64,000 bases of DNA from Pyrodictiaceae archaeon (GTDB lineage Archaea; Thermoproteota; Thermoprotei_A; Sulfolobales; Pyrodictiaceae): positions 804,880 to 868,879 of the forward strand of contig JALVSY010000007.1 in NCBI GenBank assembly GCA_027036135.1, given 5' to 3'. The position numbers and the translations under genes were made by a program. The notes under the pieces are model-generated. The model did not search any database, had not been told where the DNA came from, and saw only the letters and a list, made by a program, of their open reading frames with translations. This document shows positions 44,054-53,752 of the stretch, in pieces. Positions within the stretch are counted from its first letter, which is position 1. Every line of letters begins with the position of its first letter.

Positions 44054-44821
44054 GTGACTGAGAAGGAGAGAATTATTGCAATCAAGCTCCCGGAAGACAT
44101 ATATCGCGAGCTAGAGAGGAGGGCAAAGAGACTCGGTTACGGTCTTGTCAGCGATTATCTAAGGGATCTTATCTATAGAGAGCTTGGCTACAAGGACAGA
44201 GAGGAGCATATTAGAAGACTAGTCGAGGAAATAGTAGCGTCTCGGCTTAGTGAACTCGGGCAAGTCCCTAGTATTGATAAGGGTATTGCTAGGCTTGAGA
44301 AAAAGCTACAAGATCTAATAAATCCATGGACAGCAAAAATAGACCAATTATCGAGCAGGGTTGCGGAACTCTATGAGAAAATCGAGGCGCTTGAGGAGAA
44401 AATAAAGGCTCTAGAAGAAGCTGAGACGACTAGGAAGGAGCAAGTACAGAGATACCGAGCGCCTATTGAGGCTAGGAGGGAAACTAGGAGAAGAACCGCT
44501 ATAGAGAGACTACGAGAACAAAGCGTAGTATTTGAACACGATGTCCAATGGCTAAGGGATCGTGACGCTTTCTTCGAGAGGCTTAGGAGAGAGGGCGCCA
44601 TAGTACTTAACATAGGTGGCGAGAGAGTAGCCCTCGACCCAGCGTTCTGGCGCAATTTCAGAGAGAAAATAGAGCAACTACCGACACCAAACGATGAGGA
44701 GGTACGCGTATTGCTCACCGAGCCCCAGTATCAGCTCTTTAAGAAGCTAAAGGAGAATGGTCTCATATACTTTGATGCCTCGAAGAGAGCGTGGCGGTTC
44801 GTAGAGGAATTCCAAGAATAG
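44054..44821 (+). CDS. Ribbon-helix-helix (CopG-like) plus coiled-coil protein
   Basis: N-terminal IAIKLPEDIYRELERRAK..VSDYLRDLI; central heptad repeats. Confidence 0.75.
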   Translation: MTEKERIIAIKLPEDIYRELERRAKRLGYGLVSDYLRDLIYRELGYKDREEHIRRLVEEIVASRLSELGQVPSIDKGIARLEKKLQDLINPWTAKIDQLSSRVAELYEKIEALEEKIKALEEAETTRKEQVQRYRAPIEARRETRRRTAIERLREQSVVFEHDVQWLRDRDAFFERLRREGAIVLNIGGERVALDPAFWRNFREKIEQLPTPNDEEVRVLLTEPQYQLFKKLKENGLIYFDASKRAWRFVEEFQE

Positions 44822-44836
44822 AGGCAATGCTCTTCG

Positions 44837-44905
44837 TGCCTCGGAGCCAAGTCACTCATCACTGCCGTAGTATTAGTTCAGGCGCTGGCGTATTCTTCAT
44901 AGGCC
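44837..44905 (-). ncRNA. C/D box guide sRNA candidate
   Basis: GCCT-ATGAAGA-12nt-CTGA...GTGATGA-11nt-CCGA-GGC. Confidence 0.75.
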
Positions 44906-44912
44906 TAGATAT

Positions 44913-44983
44913 GGGGGCTCGCTTAAGGGGCGAAATTCTTCATCCCCTTGGATCTGCTCGGCTGTAAGACTTCATTGCCCCCT
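44913..44983 (-). ncRNA. C/D box guide sRNA candidate (16S central domain guides)
   Basis: GGGGGC/GCCCCC terminal stem; ATGAAGT-12nt-CAGA...ATGAAGA-14nt-GCGA; guides match recalled 16S CGGCUGUAA and AGGGGCGAAAU. Confidence 0.7.
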
Positions 44984-45051
44984 TCTATAGTATTGTCTGT
45001 GTGTGTGTAAAAACGCTACCAAGAGGAGACTAATAGAGTTAAGGATGGGGA

Positions 45052-46302
45052 TTAGAGCTGCCAGCTCTGGAGATACTCTACCTGCTCCGGTATTAGGGAG
45101 TCTATTTCTATGCCCATGGCTTTTAGCTTAAGCCTTGCAACCTCCTTATCTATTTCATCGGGTACATTATACACCTTTTTCTCTAGCTTATCTTTGTTCT
45201 TGACAATATACTCTACGGCCAGTGCCTGGTTAGCAAAGCTCATATCCATGACTTCGCTTGGGTGACCCTCTGCTGCTACAAGGTTTACTAGCCTTCCCTC
45301 TGCCAAGAGGTATATTTTTCGCCCGTCTCGTAGCCTGTACTCGGTTATGTAGTTTCTAATAGTCCTCTTTGATACAGCTAGTTGCTCGAGGTCTGGTATC
45401 CAGATTTCCACATTAAAGTGTCCAGCGTTGGCAAGTATTGCTCCATCCTTCATTACCTCAAAGTGCTCTTTTCGTATGACCTTCTTGTTGCCCGTCGCCG
45501 TAATGAATATGTCGCCTATCTTAGCTGCCTCCCTCATAGACATAACGTCAAAACCATCCATTACAGCCTCAAGGGCTCTTATCGGGTCAACCTCCGTCAC
45601 AATGACACGGGCTCCAAGGCCCCTAGCCCTTATTGCTATTCCTCTACCAACCCATCCGTATCCTGCTACCACTACCTTCTTTCCAGCAAAGAGAATATTA
45701 GTCGCCCTCATTATTCCATCAAGAGCACTCTGCCCTGTACCATACCGGTTATCGAACATCATCTTAGTCCTCGCATCATTAACCGCTATAGCCGGATATT
45801 TGAGCACACCTTGCCTCTCCATAGCGCGGAGCCTAATAACCCCGGTAGTAGTCTCCTCTGTACCACCCCATACCTTCTCGGCTATCTCGGGGAACTCCTT
45901 ATGAAGAGTTGCGTGAAGATCGCCACCATCATCTATTACTACATTAGGCTCCTGCTTAGCAACCCACCTAATACAATCAAAATACTCTTTCTCGTTCATA
46001 CCTCTCCAGGCACATACCTCAATACCCTCCTGTGACGCGAGAGCAGCTGCTACATCATCCTGAGTGCTAAGCGGATTACTAGCCGCAAGAAACACCCTCG
46101 CACCTCCCTGTACCAGCGTGCGTACTAGCGCAGCTGTCTCCTTCGTCACATGCAAGACGGCTCCAACAACAATTCCTCTAAGAGGCTGCTCCTTGCCAAA
46201 ACGCTCCCGGATAAACCTCGACACAACGGGCATATGTTGCTCAGCCCATTCTATCTGAACCATACCCTGCTCAGCGAGACCTAGATCCTTCACCCTTGAC
46301 AT
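45052..46302 (-). CDS. ahcY: S-adenosylhomocysteine hydrolase
   Basis: [46 protein letters not shown]. Confidence 0.97.
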   Translation of the reverse strand: MSRVKDLGLAEQGMVQIEWAEQHMPVVSRFIRERFGKEQPLRGIVVGAVLHVTKETAALVRTLVQGGARVFLAASNPLSTQDDVAAALASQEGIEVCAWRGMNEKEYFDCIRWVAKQEPNVVIDDGGDLHATLHKEFPEIAEKVWGGTEETTTGVIRLRAMERQGVLKYPAIAVNDARTKMMFDNRYGTGQSALDGIMRATNILFAGKKVVVAGYGWVGRGIAIRARGLGARVIVTEVDPIRALEAVMDGFDVMSMREAAKIGDIFITATGNKKVIRKEHFEVMKDGAILANAGHFNVEIWIPDLEQLAVSKRTIRNYITEYRLRDGRKIYLLAEGRLVNLVAAEGHPSEVMDMSFANQALAVEYIVKNKDKLEKKVYNVPDEIDKEVARLKLKAMGIEIDSLIPEQVEYLQSWQL

Positions 46303-46420
46303 AGCTATACCTCCTCCGAAACCCTATGCTAAGCAGTGAAGAGGGTAGAGAATAAGAATAAAGCGTTCACAACACACCACTAAGCCCCTGACAGAGAAAA
46401 GAACTATTACCACATAGAAT

Positions 46421-46497
46421 TGGTGGGCCCGGGGGGATTCGAACCCCCGACCACCCGGTTATGAGCCGGGCGCTCTACCGGGCTGAGCTACGGGCCC
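46421..46497 (-). tRNA. tRNA-Ile2(CAT) (agmatidine type), CCA encoded
   Basis: GGGCCCGTAGCTCAG...CCCGGCTCATAACCGGG...GTTCGAATC...GGGCCCACCA; the GGGCCC acceptor favours Ile2 over Met. Confidence 0.9.
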
Positions 46498-46759
46498 AGC
46501 GAATTCCCCAAGTAGCACTAATGCACTATACCTAGGCCTCTTTATCAACTTATCGCCGCCATCAGTATTACAACTTGACAATAACTATGGCAATATAACT
46601 CGGGAATATAATATACTAGGGATAATACATTGTACATGGAAAACGTATACCTTCCTTTAGAAAAGAATGATAATACCAAGCACGATAATCATACTATATG
46701 CTCAACTAATTCTACGCAGCAACTATCCACACGGAAAAAGAGCTAGAGGTGTGTTTGGG

Positions 46760-46948
46760 TTGGCGTGTGAGAAGCCTGTTAAGGTTCGTGACCCTACTAC
46801 TGGTAAGGAGGTTGAGATTGTACCAATAAAGGTGTGGCAGCTAGCACCCAGGGGCAGGAAGGGAGTAAAGATAGGCCTATTCAAGAGCCCAGAGACAGGC
46901 AAGTACTTCAGAGCCAAAGTACCAGACGACTACCCAATATGCAGCTAA
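46760..46948 (+). CDS. creN7: Chromatin protein Cren7
   Basis: [28 protein letters not shown]; TTG at 46760 after GAGGTG. Confidence 0.95.
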   Translation: MACEKPVKVRDPTTGKEVEIVPIKVWQLAPRGRKGVKIGLFKSPETGKYFRAKVPDDYPICS

Positions 46949-47131
46949 AGAAACAAAACAACTAATCTGGTTCAAACAACATTCTTTTTATTTATTCCTT
47001 ATTTTATCTCTTATTATCTTAATACTCCCTAATAGTTATTCTCTAATCTTTACGAGTATAGATATTCGATTACATTGTAGTATTCCATTATTTACCCCGG
47101 ATTCCCCTAGGCTTCCATTGGTGCCTCCTCT

Positions 47132-48079
47132 ATGAGATGTGTTGTGCAAGCGCCTGCTAAGATAATCTTGCTAGGCGAGCACTGGGTAGTACATGGCTCA
47201 AAAGCAGTTGCAGCTGCTGTGGGACTTTATGCACGTGCCTTGGGCCAGAAGGCTGAGCAAGGGATAGTTGTTAGTAGTAAGAATCTCGGAATAGTGGAAG
47301 ACCTTACCTCATGCCATAAGTTTTGTAACCTATGGGAAGCTGCCCAGTATATAGCGGCTAGTGTTTCCCGTAAACCATGGCCCGCTAGGATACACATAGA
47401 GTCCGATATACCGATAGGAGCTGGTATGGGTAGCAGTGCTGCTGTTGCTGTCGCGTTTTCAGCTTGTTACGCTATACTTGGAGGGATTAAGCCCTCGCTT
47501 AACCTTGTTTTACGTGCTGCCTATGAGGCTGAAAAAATTGTTCACGGAAATCCTAGCGGGATAGATAATACGGTCTCAACCATTGGGGGCTTTGTTCTTT
47601 ATCGCAGAGGAGAGAATCCAATAAGGCTTAGCAACGTGGGCCTGAAAGGAACAAAACTGCTTATCATAGACACAGGTATTCCTCGGTCGACTAAGGTTGC
47701 TGTAGATATCTTCTCTACTAGGTTAAGAGCCCTAAATGGTCTCGGTGGGTCATTATTAGAGTTAGTGAATAAGGTTGTAGACGAAGCCATAATGGCTCTC
47801 AAAGAGGACGATGCTGCTAAGCTAGGCTTGTTACTAGATTTATCACACGGCTTACTAAATGCTATGGGTGTTTCTCATGAAGCACTAGAAACAGCTATAC
47901 ATATTGCAAGACGAAGCGGTGCTTATGGCGCAAAGCTTACTGGCGCAGGAATGGGCGGCACAGCGATAGCGCTTGTCCCATCCGAAAAAGCAGGTATTAT
48001 AAGCAGTCTGCTTCAGGAAAGAGGCTTCCGCGTATTCGAAGTAGAGATAGGTGTTAACGGCTTTACGATACAGTCATAA
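47132..48079 (+). CDS. mvk: Mevalonate kinase
   Basis: APAKIILLGEHWVVHG, PIGAGMGSSAA, HGNPSGID, AKLTGAGMGG. Confidence 0.93.
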   Translation: MRCVVQAPAKIILLGEHWVVHGSKAVAAAVGLYARALGQKAEQGIVVSSKNLGIVEDLTSCHKFCNLWEAAQYIAASVSRKPWPARIHIESDIPIGAGMGSSAAVAVAFSACYAILGGIKPSLNLVLRAAYEAEKIVHGNPSGIDNTVSTIGGFVLYRRGENPIRLSNVGLKGTKLLIIDTGIPRSTKVAVDIFSTRLRALNGLGGSLLELVNKVVDEAIMALKEDDAAKLGLLLDLSHGLLNAMGVSHEALETAIHIARRSGAYGAKLTGAGMGGTAIALVPSEKAGIISSLLQERGFRVFEVEIGVNGFTIQS

Positions 48080-48213
48080 CACGGGGCATTTATAGCCAGC
48101 TAAAGTATGATTTAGCTGAGCTAAGTATGTAGCTTCAAGTATAAAAGCAGGGGTATTAATAAGGTGTTATTGTCTCACTTCTCACCTATCCCTAGCGTGG
48201 TACCTATAATGTT

Positions 48214-49011
48214 ATGATAGGGGGTGCCTTGGTAGCAGCACTAGGATTTAGCCGACAACTCCATACCGGGATAGTGCTTACTGCCACTGGTGTATCAAGG
48301 TGTGTAGAAATTGAGGCTTATACCGTACTTACACCTCTCCCTATGGTTAGCCAAGTTGGTATTGGGGTTGCATTTGACGTACCGGTGGCCGCAGAGGCTT
48401 GTGGTCTAGGTAGCCTAGGCCTTGACGAGGAAATAGAAATACACGTATATGGTAGAGGCCTCGCTTTCTCTACGCCTTCTCTGCAGTATTTATTAGAGGA
48501 TGTTGTTACAAAGGCTTATGTTGATAACGGAGAACTAAGTTTTCCAGAGCTTATCGACTCTGCTAATCCAATAACGGGAATGGAAACTATCATTGCTAGT
48601 CTGGAGGGAAGCACAATAGTTGTAAACAGTATACCCATTCCACTACATGAAGTTGCTGATCTATGGGGAGTTATAGTTAGACTAGATAGGCCGCTTAATA
48701 GAGAGAAAATAGTTGAAGGTATACTGACAAATATAGGAGTGTATGAGGACATAGTACTAAGCAATATTGACAATATGTTAGAGGCTTTATATATTATTAC
48801 CAATAAACTGTACGAGAATACCAACATGAGGTCAATGAGGCAAATTATTCGGAAAGCTGATAGACTAGGTGCTCTAAGCGTCTTTGTAGATGTATCAGGG
48901 CAATACATAGCCTTTCTCTTCGATAACTATGATGATGCGGCTAATGCATCCGCTGTATTGTCGCGCCAGGGAGCTGTACTCGAGGCCCCATTAACCGTCC
49001 TCGGTATATGA
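48214..49011 (+). CDS. Hypothetical protein, possibly degenerate GHMP fold
   Basis: Long ORF; only weak resemblance to GHMP kinases. Confidence 0.5.
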   Translation: MIGGALVAALGFSRQLHTGIVLTATGVSRCVEIEAYTVLTPLPMVSQVGIGVAFDVPVAAEACGLGSLGLDEEIEIHVYGRGLAFSTPSLQYLLEDVVTKAYVDNGELSFPELIDSANPITGMETIIASLEGSTIVVNSIPIPLHEVADLWGVIVRLDRPLNREKIVEGILTNIGVYEDIVLSNIDNMLEALYIITNKLYENTNMRSMRQIIRKADRLGALSVFVDVSGQYIAFLFDNYDDAANASAVLSRQGAVLEAPLTVLGI

Positions 49012-49094
49012 CATAGTAATTCATGTGAAGAAGCCCCGGGTTCTAGAAATTTCAAGGACTGTCAAGATATGGTATCTCTACACGGGGTTCTACT

Positions 49095-49541
49095 GTGCTA
49101 TTTCGGGTGAGCGCGAGATGCGTAATAATAAGGGATGGGAAGATATTGTTGCAGCTTAGTAAGAAAGGTGACTTCTATAGATTGCCTGGCGGGAGAGTTA
49201 AGCCAGAGGAGACCATTATACAAGCTCTCGGTAGAGAACTGAGAGAGGAACTAGGAATAGAGAAAATTGAGGACCCTGAACTCATATTCATAGTAGAGTC
49301 GTTCTACCGCAGGCACAGCGGTGTTGTGCACGAACTTGGGTTCTATTTCCTCTGCGACAAAATAGATACAAGTAACATAGTGCCCAAAGAGGATCACTTA
49401 CACATCGAGTGGGTGCCGCTAGAGAAAATAAGTCATGATAATTTGCGCCCAGCGGCGCTAGCGCCTTACATAGCGAAACTGGGGTCGCGGAGACCCGATA
49501 AGCCACTATATATAATAAACATAGATGTTGATAGTATTTAG
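49095..49541 (+). CDS. NUDIX hydrolase
   Basis: Nudix box PGGRVKPEETIIQALGRELREELGI. Confidence 0.9.
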   Translation: MLFRVSARCVIIRDGKILLQLSKKGDFYRLPGGRVKPEETIIQALGRELREELGIEKIEDPELIFIVESFYRRHSGVVHELGFYFLCDKIDTSNIVPKEDHLHIEWVPLEKISHDNLRPAALAPYIAKLGSRRPDKPLYIINIDVDSI

Positions 49542-49558
49542 TTACGTAAAAGTTTTCG

Positions 49559-49867
49559 CTAAGCAGTAAATACTGGTTCAACGCCCTTAGGATAGATATA
49601 GACATTCCCTCCACGTGCTTGGCCGGGCAGATTGGGCTTAAATACTGCAATTACTACTCCCTTGTCTCCATGAACATGTACTATTTTTCCTCTATACTCA
49701 TTACCCTTATTATCTCTGTATAGGACTCTCCACCCGATGAATCTTGAAGCCTCCTTCCTGGTTGTAACCCCGTCTATTCTTATCAATACCTGGTTCTCGT
49801 ACTGCGTATTAGAGCCAAGCCTGTACCCAACAACTATCCCAGTATACACCTTTGGCTTCTCGCTCAT
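49559..49867 (-). CDS. rpl35ae: 50S ribosomal protein L35Ae
   Basis: GYRLGSNTQYENQVLIRI, GKIVHVHGDKGVV.AVFKPNLPGQA. Confidence 0.93.
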   Translation of the reverse strand: MSEKPKVYTGIVVGYRLGSNTQYENQVLIRIDGVTTRKEASRFIGWRVLYRDNKGNEYRGKIVHVHGDKGVVIAVFKPNLPGQARGGNVYIYPKGVEPVFTA

Positions 49868-49963
49868 AAGCGCTCCAACCCCCAGCAGCATTAACCGTAA
49901 CTGGGTGTTTAAAAGTAGTGATACCTAGTTTCTAGCTCGGCCAGCTTATAGGAGGCGAGCAGC

Positions 49964-51316
49964 ATGAGCGCAAAAATCACTAAGCCACGAATAATAGTTG
50001 AGCCACCAGGGCCAAAAGCCAAGGAGATTATTGGAAAAGACGAGAAGTACCTAATGCAGAGCTTCGTGCGCTGGTACCCCCTTGTTGTTGAGAGAGCAGA
50101 GGACTACGTAGTTTACGATGTTGATGGAAACGCGTACATAGATCTCAATGCAGGTATTGCGGTCCTAAACGTAGGTTCAACAAATCCAGAGGTAGTAAAA
50201 GCAGCTACTGAGCAACTCAAGAAGTTCACTCATTATAGTCTGACAGACTTCTACTACAAGGTTGCTGTTGACCTAGCGGAGAGACTAGTTAACATCGCGC
50301 CGGTTGAGAAGCCTGCAAAGGTCTTCTTCACGAACAGTGGGGCTGAGAGCGTTGAGGCAGCAATAAAGGCGGCAAGATACTCGACTGGCCGCCAATACCT
50401 CATAGCGTTCCTAGGAGCCTTCCATGGACGAACCATGGGCGCAGTATCGCTTACAGCAAGTAAGCCTGTCCAAAGAAAAGGATTCGCGCCCTTAGTGCCC
50501 AGCGTCATTCATGTGCCCTATCCATACCCCTATAGATGCCCCTTCGGAACAGACGATCCAGAAGAGTGCGGTGAGAGAACGATAGGTTACATAGAGGAAT
50601 GGATCTTTGGCAAACTCGTTGATCCCTCAGAGGTGGCGGCAGTTATAGCAGAGCCTATTCAAGGCGAAGGCGGCTACATAGTTCCGCCGGACAACTTCTT
50701 CCCCAAGCTTGCTAGCCTGCTCCGGAAGCACGGGATACTGCTAATAAGCGACGAGGTACAAGCAGGCTTTTGCAGAACAGGTAAATGGTTCGCAATACAG
50801 CACTGGGGCGTCAATCCAGATATAATAACAACGGCTAAAGCCATAGCTGGTGGACTGCCGCTAGGAGCAGTAATAGGGACTGATAAGGCCATGAGCATCG
50901 GGCCAGGCGGTCATGCATCGACATTTGGTGGTAACCCTGTATCAGCTGCAGCTGCGCTAGCAGTAATAGACTTCATGGAGAGAAATAAGCTCTGTGAACG
51001 TGCAGCAAGGCTAGGAGAAAAGGTCATTAAGAGATTCAAGGAGGCTATGAACGAGCTCGAGATGATAGGTGATGTACGTGGCAAGGGCCTAATGATCGGA
51101 GTAGAACTGGTCAAGAACAAGAAGACAAAAGAGCCTGCAAAGAAAGAATTAGCCGAGATACTGATGAGGCTGTTCAAGAAAGGCTATCTCGTAATAGGCG
51201 CCGGTGTATCAAGCATAAGGATATCGCCTCCACTAACAATAGACGAGGATGCATTAATGAATGCAGTAGAAGCGATAATAGACGAAATAAGGCGTGTCGA
51301 GAAGGAGTCAACATAG
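49964..51316 (+). CDS. Class III PLP aminotransferase (acetylornithine/4-aminobutyrate family)
   Basis: NSGAESVEAAIK, FHGRT, EPIQGEGG, DEVQAG, AKAIAGG, STFGGNP. Confidence 0.92.
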   Translation: MSAKITKPRIIVEPPGPKAKEIIGKDEKYLMQSFVRWYPLVVERAEDYVVYDVDGNAYIDLNAGIAVLNVGSTNPEVVKAATEQLKKFTHYSLTDFYYKVAVDLAERLVNIAPVEKPAKVFFTNSGAESVEAAIKAARYSTGRQYLIAFLGAFHGRTMGAVSLTASKPVQRKGFAPLVPSVIHVPYPYPYRCPFGTDDPEECGERTIGYIEEWIFGKLVDPSEVAAVIAEPIQGEGGYIVPPDNFFPKLASLLRKHGILLISDEVQAGFCRTGKWFAIQHWGVNPDIITTAKAIAGGLPLGAVIGTDKAMSIGPGGHASTFGGNPVSAAAALAVIDFMERNKLCERAARLGEKVIKRFKEAMNELEMIGDVRGKGLMIGVELVKNKKTKEPAKKELAEILMRLFKKGYLVIGAGVSSIRISPPLTIDEDALMNAVEAIIDEIRRVEKEST

Positions 51317-51371
51317 GAGAGGAATATACAGCCCACATAATTTATTTAATATTATCCGGATGGCTGCTTTG

Positions 51372-51440
51372 GAATAGTGATGAGGCTTACAAGGGGCCTA
51401 GCCGTGTGGGCAATGGGCTATGAACCCGCGGCTGAGTTTT
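51372..51440 (+). ncRNA. C/D box guide sRNA candidate (tRNA guides)
   Basis: GTGATGA at 51377 and CTGA at 51432; guides ggcttacaagg and tgaacccgcgg; internal D'/C' boxes are degenerate. Confidence 0.6.
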
Positions 51441-52179
51441 TATTCTTCTCTTCTTTTGTCCCAAGTATCCGTGATAGCTTCTTCCTTGGAACTTCAAAAA
51501 CATTGGTAGCTATAAACGCTATATATTCATCATCCGGCATTATTCTCGGAAGTCCTATTCTCGCTGCTAGTGCTTGCTTGAAAGCCTCCTTGGCTATACG
51601 GGATCGTATCTCTCTCATAGCTATGGATTGAGCCACTCTTAGTGCGATGTAGAATCGTGCATACTTCTTCACTGTTCGTTCTTGTTCGGGAAAGACCTTT
51701 GGTAAGAGCTGGAGGAGCTTAATTAGCTTGTCCTCGTCCTCAAATCCTGTAACGACCTTAGTGGTTAGTACTCTTAGTAAACGTGCTACAGTGTTATCGT
51801 CTATTTGGCCTCCGAGCAAAAATAGGACAATTTTTCTTGCATCTTTGGGGCTTTTTTCGAGTATAGTGTTCGCTGCTTCCTCGAGAGTTTCTTCATAGTT
51901 AAAGAGTTTGTGAAAGAGTTCTGGGTTTTCCTCGTTAAGCATTAATGCGTATTTCGCTATGACATAGAGGGTTGCCATTTCCTTGTCCCATATATCGTTC
52001 GGCCATGCTTTACCTCGTAGCGGCTGAATTGCACGCTTACGGTAAGTGTCTTCAAGGATGCTTGTTGCTCTTTCCCTATCCGTTATTTTTTCCTGCAATA
52101 TACGTGATAACGCCTCCATCGCGGCATTGATTCTATTTCTCATTGATTCTCTTGCTTTACGAGGATTTAGACTTTCCAA
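51418..52179 (-). CDS. Conserved crenarchaeal protein (DUF2192-like)
   Basis: IQPLRG..DIWDKEMATLYVIAKY, ARFYIALRVA, KEAFKQALA. Confidence 0.7.
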   Translation of the reverse strand: MESLNPRKARESMRNRINAAMEALSRILQEKITDRERATSILEDTYRKRAIQPLRGKAWPNDIWDKEMATLYVIAKYALMLNEENPELFHKLFNYEETLEEAANTILEKSPKDARKIVLFLLGGQIDDNTVARLLRVLTTKVVTGFEDEDKLIKLLQLLPKVFPEQERTVKKYARFYIALRVAQSIAMREIRSRIAKEAFKQALAARIGLPRIMPDDEYIAFIATNVFEVPRKKLSRILGTKEEKNKNSAAGS

Positions 52180-52420
52180 CCCCCAGCACCCTTGATACTA
52201 TGTTCTTTATTGCTAAGGCTGTTCCTTTGGGAGAGCCATAGGCTCGTACCCTGCCATCGCGATAAACTATTAGCTTTACATACCCATCTCTTAGCCTTAT
52301 ATAGAGTACTTGTTTAGCTTTATGTTGCTCAATACGAGATATCTCTGCCTCGGGCCAGCGCTCTCTAAGCCTTTTTACAAACTTTATGAGGGACTCCTCA
52401 CTAAACCATCTATACGGCAT
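52157..52420 (-). CDS. Hypothetical small basic protein
   Basis: 87-aa ORF with SD-like GAGGG, overlapping the next gene's start. Confidence 0.6.
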   Translation of the reverse strand: MPYRWFSEESLIKFVKRLRERWPEAEISRIEQHKAKQVLYIRLRDGYVKLIVYRDGRVRAYGSPKGTALAIKNIVSRVLGVGKSKSS

Positions 52421-52438
52421 AGTGTTATAACCCTCTAC

Positions 52439-52498
52439 GGCCTCGTATTTGCCCGAGCCTCATCATTGACTCAGATCTGCGTGAGCAAGTCATTGGCC
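52439..52498 (-). ncRNA. C/D box guide sRNA candidate (tRNA-Leu guides)
   Basis: GGCC-a-ATGACTT-12nt-CTGA-gtca-ATGATGA-13nt-ACGA-GGCC. Confidence 0.7.
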
Positions 52499-52570
52499 TG
52501 CATACTCCCCATAGGTTGTTCTGCCTTGCTTATAGATAATATTTCTAGCCTTTAATAACAAGTCTAAGAG

Positions 52571-52912
52571 GTGACGTACATGAAGCCCGCAACAGTGCTA
52601 AGCTACGAGGAAGAAGATATGCCGAGGCATGTTGCTATCTATCGTGCACGCTGTGGCACGGATGAATGTATACTGCTTTTCTACATGTACAGAGGAGCAC
52701 CGTACGCGGTAGTGGTGCCTGCTAGGCCCTCTCCTCTCTGTGGACTGGTGGACCTGGAAAACGCGAGAATAATCTCAAGGATAATAACGGATCTTGGTAT
52801 AACAAGTGCTTACTTACCAGCTTGCAAGGTCTCTTCGAGACTCTTGCGCGGCTCCATAAGAGAGACGATAAACATGTTGATTAGCCTAGGATTGATCGAC
52901 GAAATAGTTTAG
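52571..52912 (+). CDS. Hypothetical protein
   Basis: ORF with GAGGTG SD; start likely ATG 52580. Confidence 0.55.
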   Translation: MTYMKPATVLSYEEEDMPRHVAIYRARCGTDECILLFYMYRGAPYAVVVPARPSPLCGLVDLENARIISRIITDLGITSAYLPACKVSSRLLRGSIRETINMLISLGLIDEIV

Positions 52913-53752
52913 CCCATTCAATTCCTGTTTGGTGTCAAGCGAGACGCAGAGGCCGGGGGCGCTGCACGCTCTCCTCCTAGCAGGATCAATTACTATTCTA
53001 TACGCAAGACCTTTGTTATCCATTATCTCTAGTATCCCGCTAGTATATACTATCTTTATGCTTCCAAGCATGGAGTAGCCCTTTACACTATACATGATGG
53101 CTTCTATTTCCTCTCTTACCAAGCCATTTACGTGACTTATTCTAATAGCTGTTGTTCTTGGATCTATTATTGCTCGCTTAGAGAGATATATTTTTCTCAA
53201 AGTATAGACAATGATGCTTGGCTCTAGGATTACATAGTTATCGAGCACGCTGAGGGCTTCAAGGCTCTTACGAGCAATATATACACCGCTGCGAATATCG
53301 CGTGAATAAGGCTCAGCCCGGGGCAAGGTTCTTGCGAGCCTTCTTATCCAGTATTCGTAGATTATACCGATAGCCTCATAAGTTAAGGAATTAAGACCTA
53401 GAGATCTAACCCTCTTGGCCTCACTAAGCCTAGAGGAGTATGTCCCGCTGTAATCTACTACTAGTGAGCTAGGCGGAGGGAGAGACCAGGCTGGCTCGCC
53501 TCTCGGATCAACCACGTAGACCGGTTTGCTGGGCTCCTCAAGCTCTGTTGAAACATTTGCTCTCAGAACCTCAACTGGTGTTCTAGACTCTACTACTAGT
53601 CTTAGGGGAATACGCTTGCCAAGACCAACTATTGTTAGGCGCCATTCTTTAACTCCAAGCCCAGCGTACAGTGTACGCAGGATAACGGCCGCATCAAAGA
53701 CCGAAGGCGGGGTGATTACGATAACGTGAGGGTTAAGGTTCTCTTCTATCAT
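52886..53752 (-). CDS. Hypothetical protein
   Basis: About 290-aa ORF; N-half is weakly SPOUT-like. Confidence 0.6.
   Translation of the reverse strand: MIEENLNPHVIVITPPSVFDAAVILRTLYAGLGVKEWRLTIVGLGKRIPLRLVVESRTPVEVLRANVSTELEEPSKPVYVVDPRGEPAWSLPPPSSLVVDYSGTYSSRLSEAKRVRSLGLNSLTYEAIGIIYEYWIRRLARTLPRAEPYSRDIRSGVYIARKSLEALSVLDNYVILEPSIIVYTLRKIYLSKRAIIDPRTTAIRISHVNGLVREEIEAIMYSVKGYSMLGSIKIVYTSGILEIMDNKGLAYRIVIDPARRRACSAPGLCVSLDTKQELNGLNYFVDQS

Noticed and set aside
46421-46497. tRNA-Met assignment
   Set aside because: The anticodon is CAT, but the GGGCCC acceptor stem fits archaeal Ile2; it has no A1-U72 initiator pair.
49025-49080. GTGAAGA box C-like motif before the Nudix gene
   Set aside because: No convincing D', C' or D boxes follow.
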